From an uncultured Roseobacteraceae bacterium (GTDB lineage Bacteria; Pseudomonadota; Alphaproteobacteria; Rhodobacterales; Rhodobacteraceae): DNA of 64,000 bases. Positions 1 to 10,129 of this stretch are shown here, in pieces (positions within the stretch are counted from its first letter, which is position 1; each line of letters opens with the position of its first letter). The position numbers were made by a program, and so were the translations under genes. The stretch lies in contig CAXHZK010000013.1 in assembly GCA_964021915.1 (NCBI GenBank), positions 18-64,017 of the forward strand, written 5' to 3'. Under the pieces are notes generated by a model that saw nothing but the letters and a program-made list of their open reading frames with translations, was not told the origin of the DNA and searched no databases.

Positions 1-1
1 A

Positions 2-103
2 GAAGTGTTGTCAGGCATGGGTCTGCACCTCGGCATGGACGTTGAGGATTGGCCACCGGACAACATCGAAGATCTGGCGAAGAAATTCGACGACCAGTTC
101 TAA
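2..103 (+). CDS. rpoA: RNA polymerase alpha subunit, 3' end (partial)
   Basis: Hand translation [33 protein letters not shown] is the alphaproteobacterial RpoA C-terminus; it directly precedes rplQ. Confidence 0.93.
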   Translation, partial: EVLSGMGLHLGMDVEDWPPDNIEDLAKKFDDQF

Positions 104-235
104 GGTTTTGGGTGGGCCTTCGGGCCCATCCGCAAATGCCCGCACTGGCGGGGAAAATTGGACAATGCTGTCCCACTAACGGAGCAGGCGTCATCGCAGC
201 GCAGGCCCATCATAAAACAAAATGGAGACTATCAA

Positions 236-652
236 ATGCGTCACGCACGTGGTTACCGCCGCCTGAACCGTACACATGAACACCGCAAAGCGCTGTTCGC
301 GAACATGGCTGGCTCGCTCATCGAACATGAGCAGATCAAAACAACATTGCCTAAGGCAAAAGAACTCAAGCGCGTCATCGAAAAGCTCGTGACACTTGGC
401 AAGCGCGGCGATTTGCACGCACGCCGTCAGGCCCGCGCTCAGCTCAAGCAGGACATGCACTGCGCGAAACTCTTTGAAATCCTCGGCCCACGCTATGCCG
501 AGCGTCAGGGTGGCTACGTCCGCGTTCTCAAGGCTGGCTTCCGCTACGGCGACATGGCGCCAATGGCGATCATCGAATTCGTCGACCGCGACGTCGACGC
601 AAAAGGCGCAGCTGACAAGGCACGTCTGGCAGAGTTCGAAGACGTCGAGTAA
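236..652 (+). CDS. rplQ: 50S ribosomal protein L17
   Basis: [33 protein letters not shown]-like and [23 protein letters not shown]; GGAG RBS before ATG 236. Confidence 0.98.
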   Translation: MRHARGYRRLNRTHEHRKALFANMAGSLIEHEQIKTTLPKAKELKRVIEKLVTLGKRGDLHARRQARAQLKQDMHCAKLFEILGPRYAERQGGYVRVLKAGFRYGDMAPMAIIEFVDRDVDAKGAADKARLAEFEDVE

Positions 653-674
653 AGCGCTCGCGATATGAATTTAG

Positions 675-706
675 AAAGGCCTCGCAATTTGCGGGGCCTT
701 TTGTTT
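675..706 (+). terminator. Intrinsic terminator after rplQ
   Basis: aaaggcctcgc-aattt-gcggggcctttt hairpin with T tract. Confidence 0.85.
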
Positions 707-1121
707 ATCTCTCTGACGGTTTTAGGGCCGAGAAATCGTTTGGTGCAACAGCAGCCCTAACTCTTGACGGTATGCAATTCCCGCCACCTTGGTAATCTCG
801 GTGGGTTGTGCGGGCTTGCTCGTTGTTTAATAAATAAAAAGTTGGACTTAGGTCTTGCGGATTAAGTTCCACAAAAAGAAAAAAATCCGCGTCGCCCTTT
901 GTTATTAAGTCCACGGGCCAGCGTGAGATTTCAGTTGGCCTTTCGAAGTATTGGCGGGTCTTAACTTCGATTGATTTTGGATCGCCATCAACAATTACAA
1001 TGAGATCATGCCCAGGGGCGCCTTCTGGACTTGCGTATGCAGGCATTCCTAGAGAGCCAATCCTCGCAAGAGCAAGGGCTTCCCCGAGGCTGCCGGATTG
1101 TTGGTGCGGGAGTTTTCTCAT
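705..1121 (-). CDS. Small PD-(D/E)xK family nuclease (138 aa)
   Basis: GEALA helix, GHDLIV and IEVKTR give an E..D..ExK catalytic pattern; AGAGG RBS before ATG 1121. Confidence 0.75.
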   Translation of the reverse strand: MRKLPHQQSGSLGEALALARIGSLGMPAYASPEGAPGHDLIVIVDGDPKSIEVKTRQYFERPTEISRWPVDLITKGDADFFLFVELNPQDLSPTFYLLNNEQARTTHRDYQGGGNCIPSRVRAAVAPNDFSALKPSER

Positions 1122-1228
1122 TGTTGGCCTCTTGCATTTAGTCTGAAAAATAGTTTGGCTTAACGAAAGCTGGCGCTGCAAATGCTAGCTGGCTTTTCAA
1201 TTATTGGGCTAGAGGTTACAAACATTCA

Positions 1229-2539
1229 ATGCCCGACCTTTTCTCTTCCGCTTCTGAAAACCCTTCATCGGGGCCCCGCCCCTTAGCAGACCGACTTCGC
1301 CCGAAAATCTTGGCCGAGGTGATCGGCCAAGAGCAAGTGCTTGGCCCCGACGCCCCCCTTGGCGTAATGCTGGCGTCCGGCTCGCTGTCCTCCCTTATCT
1401 TCTGGGGTCCGCCCGGTGTTGGTAAAACAACAATCGCCCGCCTGCTCGCCAATGAATCCGATCTTCATTTCGTTCAGATCAGCGCGATTTTCACGGGCGT
1501 GCCGGACCTGCGTAAGGTGTTCGAGGCGGCGAAAATCAGACGGCAGAACGGCAAGGGGACGCTCCTATTCGTTGACGAAATTCACCGTTTTAACAAGGCG
1601 CAGCAAGACGGCTTTCTGCCCTATATGGAGGACGGCACGATCCTGTTGGTGGGGGCCACAACCGAGAACCCCAGCTTTGAATTGAATGCTGCGGTTCTGT
1701 CGCGGTCCCAAGTGTTGATCCTCACCCGTCTTGACCTCGCTGATTTGGAACGCCTCGCGCAGCGGGCCGAGCAAGAGTTGCAAAAGCCGCTCCCCCTCGA
1801 TGGCCCCGCAAGAGAGGCGCTGTTGGAAATGGCTGACGGTGACGGCCGTGCATTGCTCAATTTGATCGAGCAGATCGCGGCATGGAAAGTCGACGGCAAA
1901 ATTAACCGTGATGAACTGTCCAAACGCCTGATGAAACGGGCCGCGAAATACGACAAGTCGGGCGAAGAACATTACAATCTGATCAGCGCCTTGCATAAAT
2001 CTGTGCGCGGGTCTGACCCTGACGCAGCCCTCTATTGGTTCGCGCGCATGTTGGCAGGTGGAGAAGACCCGCGTTTTCTTGCCCGCCGTATCACGCGGAT
2101 GGCGGTTGAGGATATCGGTCTTGCCGATCCGCAGGCGCAATCGGTGTGCCTGCAATCGTGGGAAACCTATGAGCGGTTGGGATCACCAGAAGGCGAACTC
2201 GCGCTCGCGCAGGCGGTGACATACCTCGCGCTCGCGCCGAAATCGAACGCGACCTATGTGGCGTATAAGGCCGCGATGAATAGCGCCAAGCAACACGGAT
2301 CAGAGCCGCCGCCCGCGCATATCCTCAACGCGCCAACCACGTTGATGAAAGAGCAAGGGTTTGGCGCAGGCTACGCCTATGATCACGATGCCGAAGATGG
2401 GTTTTCGGGGCAAAATTATTTCCCCGAGGCGATGAAGCGCCCGATCTATTACACCCCCGTTGATCGCGGATTTGAGCGTGATCTGAAAAAGCGGGTTGAA
2501 TTCTTCGCGGGGCTGCGGGCCAAACGCGGCAAGAATTGA
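1229..2539 (+). CDS. rarA: Replication-associated recombination protein A (AAA+ ATPase, RarA/MgsA)
   Basis: GPPGVGKT Walker A, LFVDEIHRFNKAQQD, ISALHKSVRGSDPDAALYW, EDIGLADP. Confidence 0.96.
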   Translation: MPDLFSSASENPSSGPRPLADRLRPKILAEVIGQEQVLGPDAPLGVMLASGSLSSLIFWGPPGVGKTTIARLLANESDLHFVQISAIFTGVPDLRKVFEAAKIRRQNGKGTLLFVDEIHRFNKAQQDGFLPYMEDGTILLVGATTENPSFELNAAVLSRSQVLILTRLDLADLERLAQRAEQELQKPLPLDGPAREALLEMADGDGRALLNLIEQIAAWKVDGKINRDELSKRLMKRAAKYDKSGEEHYNLISALHKSVRGSDPDAALYWFARMLAGGEDPRFLARRITRMAVEDIGLADPQAQSVCLQSWETYERLGSPEGELALAQAVTYLALAPKSNATYVAYKAAMNSAKQHGSEPPPAHILNAPTTLMKEQGFGAGYAYDHDAEDGFSGQNYFPEAMKRPIYYTPVDRGFERDLKKRVEFFAGLRAKRGKN

Positions 2540-2570
2540 CAACCATCGCGCAAACCGCCACATGGGCGGC

Positions 2571-2930
2571 ATGTTATCATCTGTGATCTCTGTGGCGCTT
2601 GGCGGCGCGTTTGGCGCTGTGGCGCGATACCTTGTTGGTCTGGCCGTGACCTTTCCGATGGGAACGCTGGCCGTCAACATCATGGGGTCACTGGCGATAG
2701 GCGTCGTTTGGGCGCTGTTCACGGCGCGGGGGCTACAGGCGTGGTTGCCGTTGGTGATGACCGGATTTTTAGGGGGCTTTACGACGTTCAGCGCGTTCAG
2801 CCTTGATACCATGCGCCTGATCGAGGGCGGCCGCCTTGGCGCGGCGTTTACATATGTTGTAGCATCCGTGCTGCTATCGCTGGGGGCCTGCGCGTTGGGT
2901 CTGTGGCTGACCAAAGGAATGACAGTATGA
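2571..2930 (+). CDS. crcB: Fluoride efflux channel CrcB/FluC
   Basis: GGAFGAVARY, GTLAVNIMGS, GFLGGFTTFSAF motifs. Confidence 0.95.
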   Translation: MLSSVISVALGGAFGAVARYLVGLAVTFPMGTLAVNIMGSLAIGVVWALFTARGLQAWLPLVMTGFLGGFTTFSAFSLDTMRLIEGGRLGAAFTYVVASVLLSLGACALGLWLTKGMTV

Positions 2931-3982
2931 GCGGTGTGCAAACCCGTCAAATCGGCCCCGACGACGGGGATCAACGGCTGGATCGCTACATGCGCCGCCT
3001 GTTTCCGCATGTCACGCAAGGGCGCGTGGAAAAGATGTGCCGCAAGGGCGAAATCCGTATCAACGGGGGGCGCGTGAAATCAAACACGCGGCTTGAGGTT
3101 GGTCAAACGATCCGCATTCCGCCACTGCCGACTGAGGAAGAGGCGCGGATTGCTTCGTCGCTGCTCAAGCACGGTGTGACCAAGGCGGATGCCAAGCTGA
3201 TCCAATCATGCGTGATCTACAAAGATGAGCATATGATCGTGATCAACAAACCTGCGGGGCTGGCAACGCAAGGCGGGTCAAAGACCACTCGCCACGTCGA
3301 TGGCATGGCCGAGGCATTGATGTATGATTACGATGAAAAACCGCGCCTTGTGCACCGCTTGGACAAGGACACATCGGGTGTTCTGATCCTTGCTCGCACG
3401 CGAATGGCAGCCAAGGCGTTGACCGAAAACCTCAAGCACCGTGAGACCCGCAAGATTTACTGGGCCGCGATTGCAGGTGTGCCGCATCCACGTGCGGCGA
3501 CGATCAAATACGGTCTGCTCAAGGCGCCGGGTCACGGCAAAAGTGGCGAGAACGAGAAAATGCGCTGTGTTCATCCCAATGATGTGGCCAGCACCGAAGG
3601 CGCGAAACGCGCGACCACGGATTATGCGGTGATGGATACCATTGGGCAGCGTGCATCGTGGTGCGCGCTGGTGCCGATTACGGGTCGCACACACCAATTG
3701 CGCGCGCATATGGCCGAGATCGGGCACCCGATTGTGGGTGACGGTAAATACGGCGGGTCGAGCCAGGAAAATGCTGGCGACGGCTGGGGCTCCGGCATGG
3801 GTGAAGAGATTGGGCGCAAGATGCACCTGCATGCGCGGTCATTGACGATTGAACATCCGTTTACGGGTGCCACGTTGCACCTGACCGCCCCATTGCCTGA
3901 CCACATGCAGGCGACATGGGATTACGTGGGCTGGGTCGTATCCCACGCGCCCGTTGATCCGTTCAATATGCCTGATGAGTGA
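2927..3982 (+). CDS. RluA/RluC family pseudouridine synthase with S4 domain
   Basis: RLDRY S4 domain, NKPAGLATQGG, HRLDKDTSG, GRTHQLRAH; ATGA overlap with crcB. Confidence 0.95.
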   Translation: MSGVQTRQIGPDDGDQRLDRYMRRLFPHVTQGRVEKMCRKGEIRINGGRVKSNTRLEVGQTIRIPPLPTEEEARIASSLLKHGVTKADAKLIQSCVIYKDEHMIVINKPAGLATQGGSKTTRHVDGMAEALMYDYDEKPRLVHRLDKDTSGVLILARTRMAAKALTENLKHRETRKIYWAAIAGVPHPRAATIKYGLLKAPGHGKSGENEKMRCVHPNDVASTEGAKRATTDYAVMDTIGQRASWCALVPITGRTHQLRAHMAEIGHPIVGDGKYGGSSQENAGDGWGSGMGEEIGRKMHLHARSLTIEHPFTGATLHLTAPLPDHMQATWDYVGWVVSHAPVDPFNMPDE

Positions 3983-4652
3983 TCTGCGGCTCGTGATTTT
4001 TGACGTCGACGGTACGCTCGTCGATAGTCAGGCCGAGATTATGGCCGCGATGACGCGGGCATTCGCATCCGAGCGTTTGCCAATGCTTGATCGCTCGAAG
4101 GTGTTGTCCATTGTGGGATTGTCACTGGCCGAGGCTTTTGCGGTCTTGTGTCCCGACAGCGACCATGCGCAGCAATCGCGATTGGTTCAGGCCTATAAGG
4201 ACGCGTTCAACGATTTGCGCGGACCTGACGGCAATGCCGAGCTTTCCCCGCTGTTTGATGGCGCGATGGATGCGCTTCGGAACTTACATGCGCAGGATAA
4301 TACGCTGCTGGCCGTAGCTACGGGTAAATCGCGACGTGGTCTTGATAAGATGATCGAGCGCCATAGCCTGCAAGGGCTGTTCGTTAGCCAGCAAGTCGCT
4401 GATTTCCACCCCAGCAAGCCGCATCCCGCGATGGTGCTGCAGGCGCTAAGTGATACAGGCATCGAGGGACATCGTGCCGTGATTGTTGGTGACACCACCT
4501 ATGATATGGATATGGGACGGTCGGCTGGCGTAGGCACGATCGGCGTCAGTTGGGGGTATCACGATACAACCAGCCTAAACGCTGACATCCTGATCAATAG
4601 CTTTGCCGAGCTACCAACAGCGATCGACAGATTAACGAAAGCAAAAACATGA
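3975..4652 (+). CDS. HAD-IA family hydrolase (phosphoglycolate phosphatase-like)
   Basis: FDVDGTL, ATGK, SKPHP and VGDTTYD motifs. Confidence 0.92.
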   Translation: MSDLRLVIFDVDGTLVDSQAEIMAAMTRAFASERLPMLDRSKVLSIVGLSLAEAFAVLCPDSDHAQQSRLVQAYKDAFNDLRGPDGNAELSPLFDGAMDALRNLHAQDNTLLAVATGKSRRGLDKMIERHSLQGLFVSQQVADFHPSKPHPAMVLQALSDTGIEGHRAVIVGDTTYDMDMGRSAGVGTIGVSWGYHDTTSLNADILINSFAELPTAIDRLTKAKT

Positions 4653-5365
4653 GCATTTTGAAGCAAAAACGGTTTTGGAAATCCGCCGAGGCGGCCCCAC
4701 GCGACGGTGGCTATGGCGTGTCGCTTGACGGACGTTCGGTCAACACCCCCAATAAAACCCCATTGGTCGTTCCCACATTAGCGATGGCCGAGGCGATTGC
4801 TGCAGAATGGGATGCACAGGTTGAGCAAATTGATCCGCTGACAATGCCCGTAACCCGAAGCGCCAATTCCGCGCTCGATAAAGTTGCCCCGCAGCAGGCA
4901 GAAGTCGTCGCGATGTTGGCCGAATACGGCGGCAGTGATCTGCTCTGTTATCGCGCCGTAGGGCCAAGGGAGCTAATTGAACGCCAAGCGAACGCTTGGG
5001 ATCCGTTGCTGAATTGGGCAGCCGATCAGTTTGGCGCCCGTCTGGTTGTCGGTGAGGGCGTGATGCATGTTGCCCAAGATCCGGCATTGCTTTCCAACCT
5101 TCACGCCGAAGTCGCATCATTCGATAATTTTGCACTCGCGGGCGTCCATGATCTGGTTTCAATTTCAGGGTCTTTGATTGTCGCGCTCGCCGTTACCCGT
5201 GAATATTTGCCAGTGGATCAGGCATGGGCGGTGTCGCGCATTGATGAACATTGGCAGGTTGAACAATGGGGTGAGGACGACGAGGCGACGGCGACAGAAG
5301 TGAAAAAACTGGAAGCATTCACACATGCTGCCCGATTCTATCAGATGTCCCTGACGCAGCGTTAA
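4649..5365 (+). CDS. ATP12 family ATPase chaperone
   Basis: KRFWK, LDGRSVNTP, AEWDAQ, MPVTR, DLLCYRA, WGED pattern; usual position after rluA-HAD. Confidence 0.9.
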   Translation: MSILKQKRFWKSAEAAPRDGGYGVSLDGRSVNTPNKTPLVVPTLAMAEAIAAEWDAQVEQIDPLTMPVTRSANSALDKVAPQQAEVVAMLAEYGGSDLLCYRAVGPRELIERQANAWDPLLNWAADQFGARLVVGEGVMHVAQDPALLSNLHAEVASFDNFALAGVHDLVSISGSLIVALAVTREYLPVDQAWAVSRIDEHWQVEQWGEDDEATATEVKKLEAFTHAARFYQMSLTQR

Positions 5366-5442
5366 GCAAAGAAAAAGTTTAAAAATAAGCGTTGAATCCC
5401 CGATTCGTGAATAAATGCGGTCAGGTTTTCAAAATGCTAGAC

Positions 5443-5470
5443 TTGACCTTTGCAAACAACTCCGCACAAT
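5443..5470 (+). promoter_or_regulatory. Candidate sigma70 promoter of aapJ
   Basis: TTGACC-N16-CACAAT about 100 nt upstream of the aapJ start; pattern match only. Confidence 0.35.
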
Positions 5471-5573
5471 ATCTGGCGATTGGACGGGAGAACTTGGTCC
5501 AACGTAACAATCGTCCTTCGGGGCAAATAATACCGCTCTGAACTTTGGGGCGGAAACTCAGGAAGAGGTAAAA

Positions 5574-6593
5574 ATGAAAAAAACCGTATTTCTCGGCGCA
5601 CTGACTGTTGCTGGTCTGGCTGCCGGTGTTGCATCAGCTGGTACACTTGATGACGTTAAAGCACGTGGTTCTTTGAACTGTGGTGTGACAACTGGTCTTG
5701 TTGGCTTTGCTGCACCAAATGCAAGCGGCGAATGGGAAGGCTTTGATGTTGGCGTATGTCGCGCTGTTGCGGCTGCTGTCTTCGGCGACCCAACTGCTGT
5801 TGAATTCGTTCCAACAACAGGCAAAACACGCTTTACAGCGCTTGCTTCTGGCGAAATCGACCTGCTGGCACGTAACACAACGTGGACAATGTCCCGTGAC
5901 GTTGACCTTGCGTTCGAATTTGTTGGCGTAAACTACTATGACGGCCAAGGCTTCATGGTTCCAAAAGAGCTCGGCGTTTCTTCTGCCAAAGATCTTGATG
6001 GCGCGACTGTCTGCATTCAGACTGGTACTACTACCGAGCTGAACCTTGCTGACTTCTTCCGCTCTAACAACATCTCTTATGAGCCAGTGCCAATCGAAAC
6101 AAACGCTGAAGCTCAGCAGCAGTATCTTGCTGGTGCATGTGACGTGTACACAACTGACGCATCCGGTCTGGCTGCGACACGTGCTACATTCGAAGCACCT
6201 GGCGATCACACACTTCTGCCAGAAATCATCTCCAAAGAGCCACTTGGCCCACTGGTTCGCCACGGCGACAACGAGTGGGGCGATATCGCTCGCTGGACAT
6301 TGAACGCACTGATCACAGCTGAAGAGCTGGGCGTGACTTCTGCAAACATTGCTGAGCTGTCCGCAGCACCAGGCAACAACCCAGAAATCAACCGTCTGCT
6401 CGGCACTGAAGGCGAACTGGGCGCAATGCTCGGTCTCGACGCTTCATGGGCGAAGAACGCGATCATGGCTGGTGGTAACTACGGTGAACTGTACGAACAG
6501 AACATCGGTGAAGCTACTCCAATCGGTCTTGCACGTGGCTTGAACGCCATGTGGACCGAAGGTGGTCTGATCTACTCACCACCTTTCCGCTAG
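5574..6593 (+). CDS. aapJ: General L-amino acid ABC transporter substrate-binding protein (AapJ/BztA)
   Basis: Signal peptide, RFTALASGEIDLLARNTTWT, NYYDGQGFMV, IISKEPLGP, GLIYSPPFR. Confidence 0.95.
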   Translation: MKKTVFLGALTVAGLAAGVASAGTLDDVKARGSLNCGVTTGLVGFAAPNASGEWEGFDVGVCRAVAAAVFGDPTAVEFVPTTGKTRFTALASGEIDLLARNTTWTMSRDVDLAFEFVGVNYYDGQGFMVPKELGVSSAKDLDGATVCIQTGTTTELNLADFFRSNNISYEPVPIETNAEAQQQYLAGACDVYTTDASGLAATRATFEAPGDHTLLPEIISKEPLGPLVRHGDNEWGDIARWTLNALITAEELGVTSANIAELSAAPGNNPEINRLLGTEGELGAMLGLDASWAKNAIMAGGNYGELYEQNIGEATPIGLARGLNAMWTEGGLIYSPPFR

Positions 6594-6609
6594 GATAGAG
6601 TGTAAGATG

Positions 6610-6639
6610 AAAGGGCGCGGTGCAAACCGCGCCCTTTTT
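6610..6639 (+). terminator. Hairpin/terminator after aapJ
   Basis: aaagggcgcggt-gcaa-accgcgcccttttt. Confidence 0.85.
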
Positions 6640-6723
6640 CCAATAAACGACCAACAAAGCGTAACGCACACTTGTCCGATACTGGACCTGTCGCGAAAAG
6701 CGCTGATCTAATGGGGACATATT

Positions 6724-7950
6724 ATGACGTCGATCACAGACCCACCGCAGGGGTCATTTCGCCTGTCCATGCTCATCAACGACACACGCTATCGCTCGAT
6801 CACGTTCCAAGTGATCGCGTTTATCGTGCTCGCAGCGTCGCTGGGCTATTTAGTAAACAACTTGTTCACCAACCTCGCGATGCGCGGTTTGAACATCGAC
6901 TTTGGATTTCTCGGCGCGCCGGCTGGCTACGATATCAACCAGCGCCTGATTGAATACACAAGTCAGTCAACCAACCTTCAGGCCGCATTTGTGGGTATTC
7001 TCAATACGCTGCTTGTGGCGTTCCTCGCTTGTGTAACGGCCACTATTTTTGGTGTGTTGGCTGGTGTCTTGCGACTGTCAAACAACTGGCTCTTGCGCAA
7101 GTTGATGGGTTTCTACGTTGAGATTTTCCGCAACATTCCTGTTCTGATCTGGATCATCATTATCTTTACGATCATGACTGCTGTCCTGCCAGGGCCAAGG
7201 GAATTCCGTGGTGATGCAGCGACTTCGTCAATGTTCATGGGAATCTCTGCCTTTACCAACCGTGGCGTCTATATTCCGCTTCCGTTTTTTGAACGTGGCT
7301 TTGGTGGCGGCACCGATTTCTTGCTGGTGCTTGCGCTGCTCGTGGGATCGTTTTTCACAATGCGTTGGGTCAACGCCCGTGCGACACGCATCCAAGAATC
7401 GACCGGTATTCGCCCTGCTACATTGGTAACGAACCTCGCTGTTTGGTTTGTACCGCTTATCTTGGTTAGCCTCCTGCTCGGTCTTTCGTTTGAGATTCCT
7501 GAGCTGAAGGGCTTCAACTTTCAGGGCGGTATCAAGATCGGTGGTCCACTGATCGCAATTTGGTTTGCTTTGTCTATCTATACGGGCGCGTTCATCGCTG
7601 AAAACGTGCGTGCGGGTATTCAGGCTGTTTCCAAAGGACAAACAGAAGCTGCTGGCGCATTGGGCATTCGCCCTGGTCGCATCATGAGCCTTGTTGTTCT
7701 GCCGCAGGCCCTACGGGTGATCATCCCGCCGCTGATTTCAAACTATTTGAACATCACCAAAAACTCGTCTTTGGCGATTTTGGTCGGCTACGCGGATGTG
7801 ACTGCGACGCTGGGTGGTATTACACTGAACCAGACAGGCCGCGCGATTGAATGTATCTTGCTGTTGATGCTTTTCTATCTCGTGATCTCGCTTCTGATCT
7901 CTGGCGTTATCAACGTCTATAACAACGCCATCAAATTGAAGGAGCGCTAA
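6724..7950 (+). CDS. aapQ: Amino acid ABC transporter permease (AapQ/BztB)
   Basis: YVEIFRNIP, EAA loop (GQTEAAGALG), YLNITKNSSLA. Confidence 0.93.
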   Translation: MTSITDPPQGSFRLSMLINDTRYRSITFQVIAFIVLAASLGYLVNNLFTNLAMRGLNIDFGFLGAPAGYDINQRLIEYTSQSTNLQAAFVGILNTLLVAFLACVTATIFGVLAGVLRLSNNWLLRKLMGFYVEIFRNIPVLIWIIIIFTIMTAVLPGPREFRGDAATSSMFMGISAFTNRGVYIPLPFFERGFGGGTDFLLVLALLVGSFFTMRWVNARATRIQESTGIRPATLVTNLAVWFVPLILVSLLLGLSFEIPELKGFNFQGGIKIGGPLIAIWFALSIYTGAFIAENVRAGIQAVSKGQTEAAGALGIRPGRIMSLVVLPQALRVIIPPLISNYLNITKNSSLAILVGYADVTATLGGITLNQTGRAIECILLLMLFYLVISLLISGVINVYNNAIKLKER

Positions 7951-7953
7951 GCA

Positions 7954-9252
7954 ATGTCTGATACACATAGCAACTCCGTCGCGTTCGTACGCACACAAGA
8001 TGTCCCACCATCGCCACCACCGCACAATGCGGCCGGACCGGCGAAATGGCTCAAGGACAACCTGTTTGCGACGCCATTGAACAGCGTCATGACCATTCTT
8101 GCTCTGCTGGCCATCTACATGATCCTGTCCGGCACTGTGCCATGGATTTTGAATGGTGTCTGGGCATCGCCAAGCCTTGCGGCTTGTCGTGATGTTCTTA
8201 ATGGTGAATCTGGTGCATGCTTTGCGGTTCTGTCCGAACGCTGGCATCAGCTGATCTTTGGTTTCCAATATCCGGCTGACCTGTATTGGCGCCCTGGTTT
8301 GGCATTCCTTTTGCTGTTTGCAGCCGCTGCACCTGTTCTGTTCTTTGATTTGCCGCGCAAATTGCTGATCTTTACAGGTCTCTACCCGTTCATCGCGTTC
8401 TGGCTGTTGTGGGGTGGCTCTATCGGCACGCCGCTGCTGGCCTTGGCGGGTGTCGTAGCGGGCTACCTTGTCTACTCCCGCTTTGTCGCTGGTAGCTTTG
8501 CGCTAGGTTTCTTTGGCGGTATCGCAGCTGCGTTTATTGTCTGGTGGCTCGGCGGCTACATCGTTCCGGACGGCGAAGTCACAGAAGGCGCTATGCGTTC
8601 CGTGCCAAGCCGTTACATGGGGGGCTTTATGCTCAACATGATGCTGGGTGTTGTGTGCGTGTCACTGTCCATTCCATTGGGCATTGCACTTGCGCTTGGT
8701 CGTCAATCCAGCATGCCATTGATCAAATATGTCTGCGTGATCTTCATCGAGTTTATTCGCGGTGTGCCATTGATTACGCTGTTGTTCGTGGCGAACGTCA
8801 TGTTGGGTTACTTCTTCCCTCCTGGTTCTGGTGTTGATCTGTTCCTGCGGGTTGTGATCATGATCACGATGTTCTCGGCGGCCTATATCGCCGAGGTTAT
8901 TCGTGGCGGCCTCGCAGCCTTGCCAACAGGTCAATATGAGGCAGCAGATAGCCTTGGATTGGATTATTCCCAAGCCATGCGCCTTATCATCCTGCCACAG
9001 GCGTTGAAAATCTCGATTCCAGGCATCGTGAATGTGGCCGTTGGCCTGTTCAAGGATACGACACTGGTATCGGTCATTTCGATGTTCGATCTGGTTGGTA
9101 TGATCCGCGGACCAATTCTTGCCTCCACAGAATGGAACGGCGTCTATTGGGAACTGTTCGGCTTTGCAGCCCTTCTGTTCTTTGTCGTCTGTTATGGCAT
9201 TTCACAATACTCACAATGGTTGGAGCGTCGTCTCGCAACCGACCACCGTTAA
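7954..9252 (+). CDS. aapM: Amino acid ABC transporter permease (AapM/BztC)
   Basis: IEFIRGVPL, AEVIRGGL, GQYEAADSLG, FKDTTLV. Confidence 0.93.
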   Translation: MSDTHSNSVAFVRTQDVPPSPPPHNAAGPAKWLKDNLFATPLNSVMTILALLAIYMILSGTVPWILNGVWASPSLAACRDVLNGESGACFAVLSERWHQLIFGFQYPADLYWRPGLAFLLLFAAAAPVLFFDLPRKLLIFTGLYPFIAFWLLWGGSIGTPLLALAGVVAGYLVYSRFVAGSFALGFFGGIAAAFIVWWLGGYIVPDGEVTEGAMRSVPSRYMGGFMLNMMLGVVCVSLSIPLGIALALGRQSSMPLIKYVCVIFIEFIRGVPLITLLFVANVMLGYFFPPGSGVDLFLRVVIMITMFSAAYIAEVIRGGLAALPTGQYEAADSLGLDYSQAMRLIILPQALKISIPGIVNVAVGLFKDTTLVSVISMFDLVGMIRGPILASTEWNGVYWELFGFAALLFFVVCYGISQYSQWLERRLATDHR

Positions 9253-9267
9253 GGGGAGGCTCTTCAA

Positions 9268-10035
9268 ATGACTGAAGCCGCAACAATGCAAGTATCCGAC
9301 GAAGTCGCGATCACAATTGACAACATGAACAAGTGGTACGGCACATTCCATGTGCTGCGCGACATCAACCTGACCGTCCAGCGCGGCGAGCGGATCGTGA
9401 TCTGTGGCCCGTCTGGGTCCGGTAAATCCACGCTTATCCGTTGCATCAACGCACTGGAAGAGCACCAGAAGGGCAGCATCGAGGTTGATGGCACACTGTT
9501 GTCATCTGATCTCAAAAATATCGATAAGATCCGGTCAGAGGTTGGCATGTGTTTCCAACACTTCAACCTGTTCCCGCATCTGACGATTTTGGAAAACTGC
9601 ACGCTGGCGCCGATCTGGGTTCGCAAGACACCCAAGAAAGAAGCCGAAGAAATCGCGATGCACTTCCTTGAGAAGGTCAAGATTCCTGAGCAGGCTGACA
9701 AGTATCCAGGTCAGCTTTCTGGTGGTCAGCAGCAGCGTGTGGCGATTGCCCGTTCGCTTTGCATGCAGCCACGTATTATGTTGTTCGATGAACCAACATC
9801 TGCGCTTGACCCTGAGATGATCAAAGAGGTGCTCGACACCATGATCGAACTTGCCGAAGAAGGCATGACAATGCTTTGCGTGACGCACGAGATGGGTTTT
9901 GCACGTCAGGTTGCCAACCGCGTGATCTTTATGGACCAAGGCCAGATCGTCGAACAAAACGAGCCAGAAGAGTTCTTTAACAACCCGAAATCAGAGCGGA
10001 CGCAATTGTTCCTCAGCCAGATTTTGGGCCACTAA
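9268..10035 (+). CDS. aapP: Amino acid ABC transporter ATP-binding protein (AapP/BztD)
   Basis: [34 protein letters not shown]. Confidence 0.96.
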   Translation: MTEAATMQVSDEVAITIDNMNKWYGTFHVLRDINLTVQRGERIVICGPSGSGKSTLIRCINALEEHQKGSIEVDGTLLSSDLKNIDKIRSEVGMCFQHFNLFPHLTILENCTLAPIWVRKTPKKEAEEIAMHFLEKVKIPEQADKYPGQLSGGQQQRVAIARSLCMQPRIMLFDEPTSALDPEMIKEVLDTMIELAEEGMTMLCVTHEMGFARQVANRVIFMDQGQIVEQNEPEEFFNNPKSERTQLFLSQILGH

Positions 10036-10055
10036 GCGCCATACATTTTGACAAG

Positions 10056-10086
10056 AAGGGCTGCGCCAATGGCGCGGCCCTTTTTT
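10056..10086 (+). terminator. Intrinsic terminator after aapP
   Basis: aagggctgcgcc-aat-ggcgcggcccttttt. Confidence 0.85.
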
Positions 10087-10129
10087 GTTTCTGCTTGGAT
10101 ATTTGGCAAACTCGGCGCAGGATCATGCT

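Noticed and set aside
5394-5406. Paired GANTC (CcrM) sites GAATC-ccc-GATTC upstream of aapJ
   Set aside because: Real, but two 5-mers alone do not support methylation-dependent regulation.
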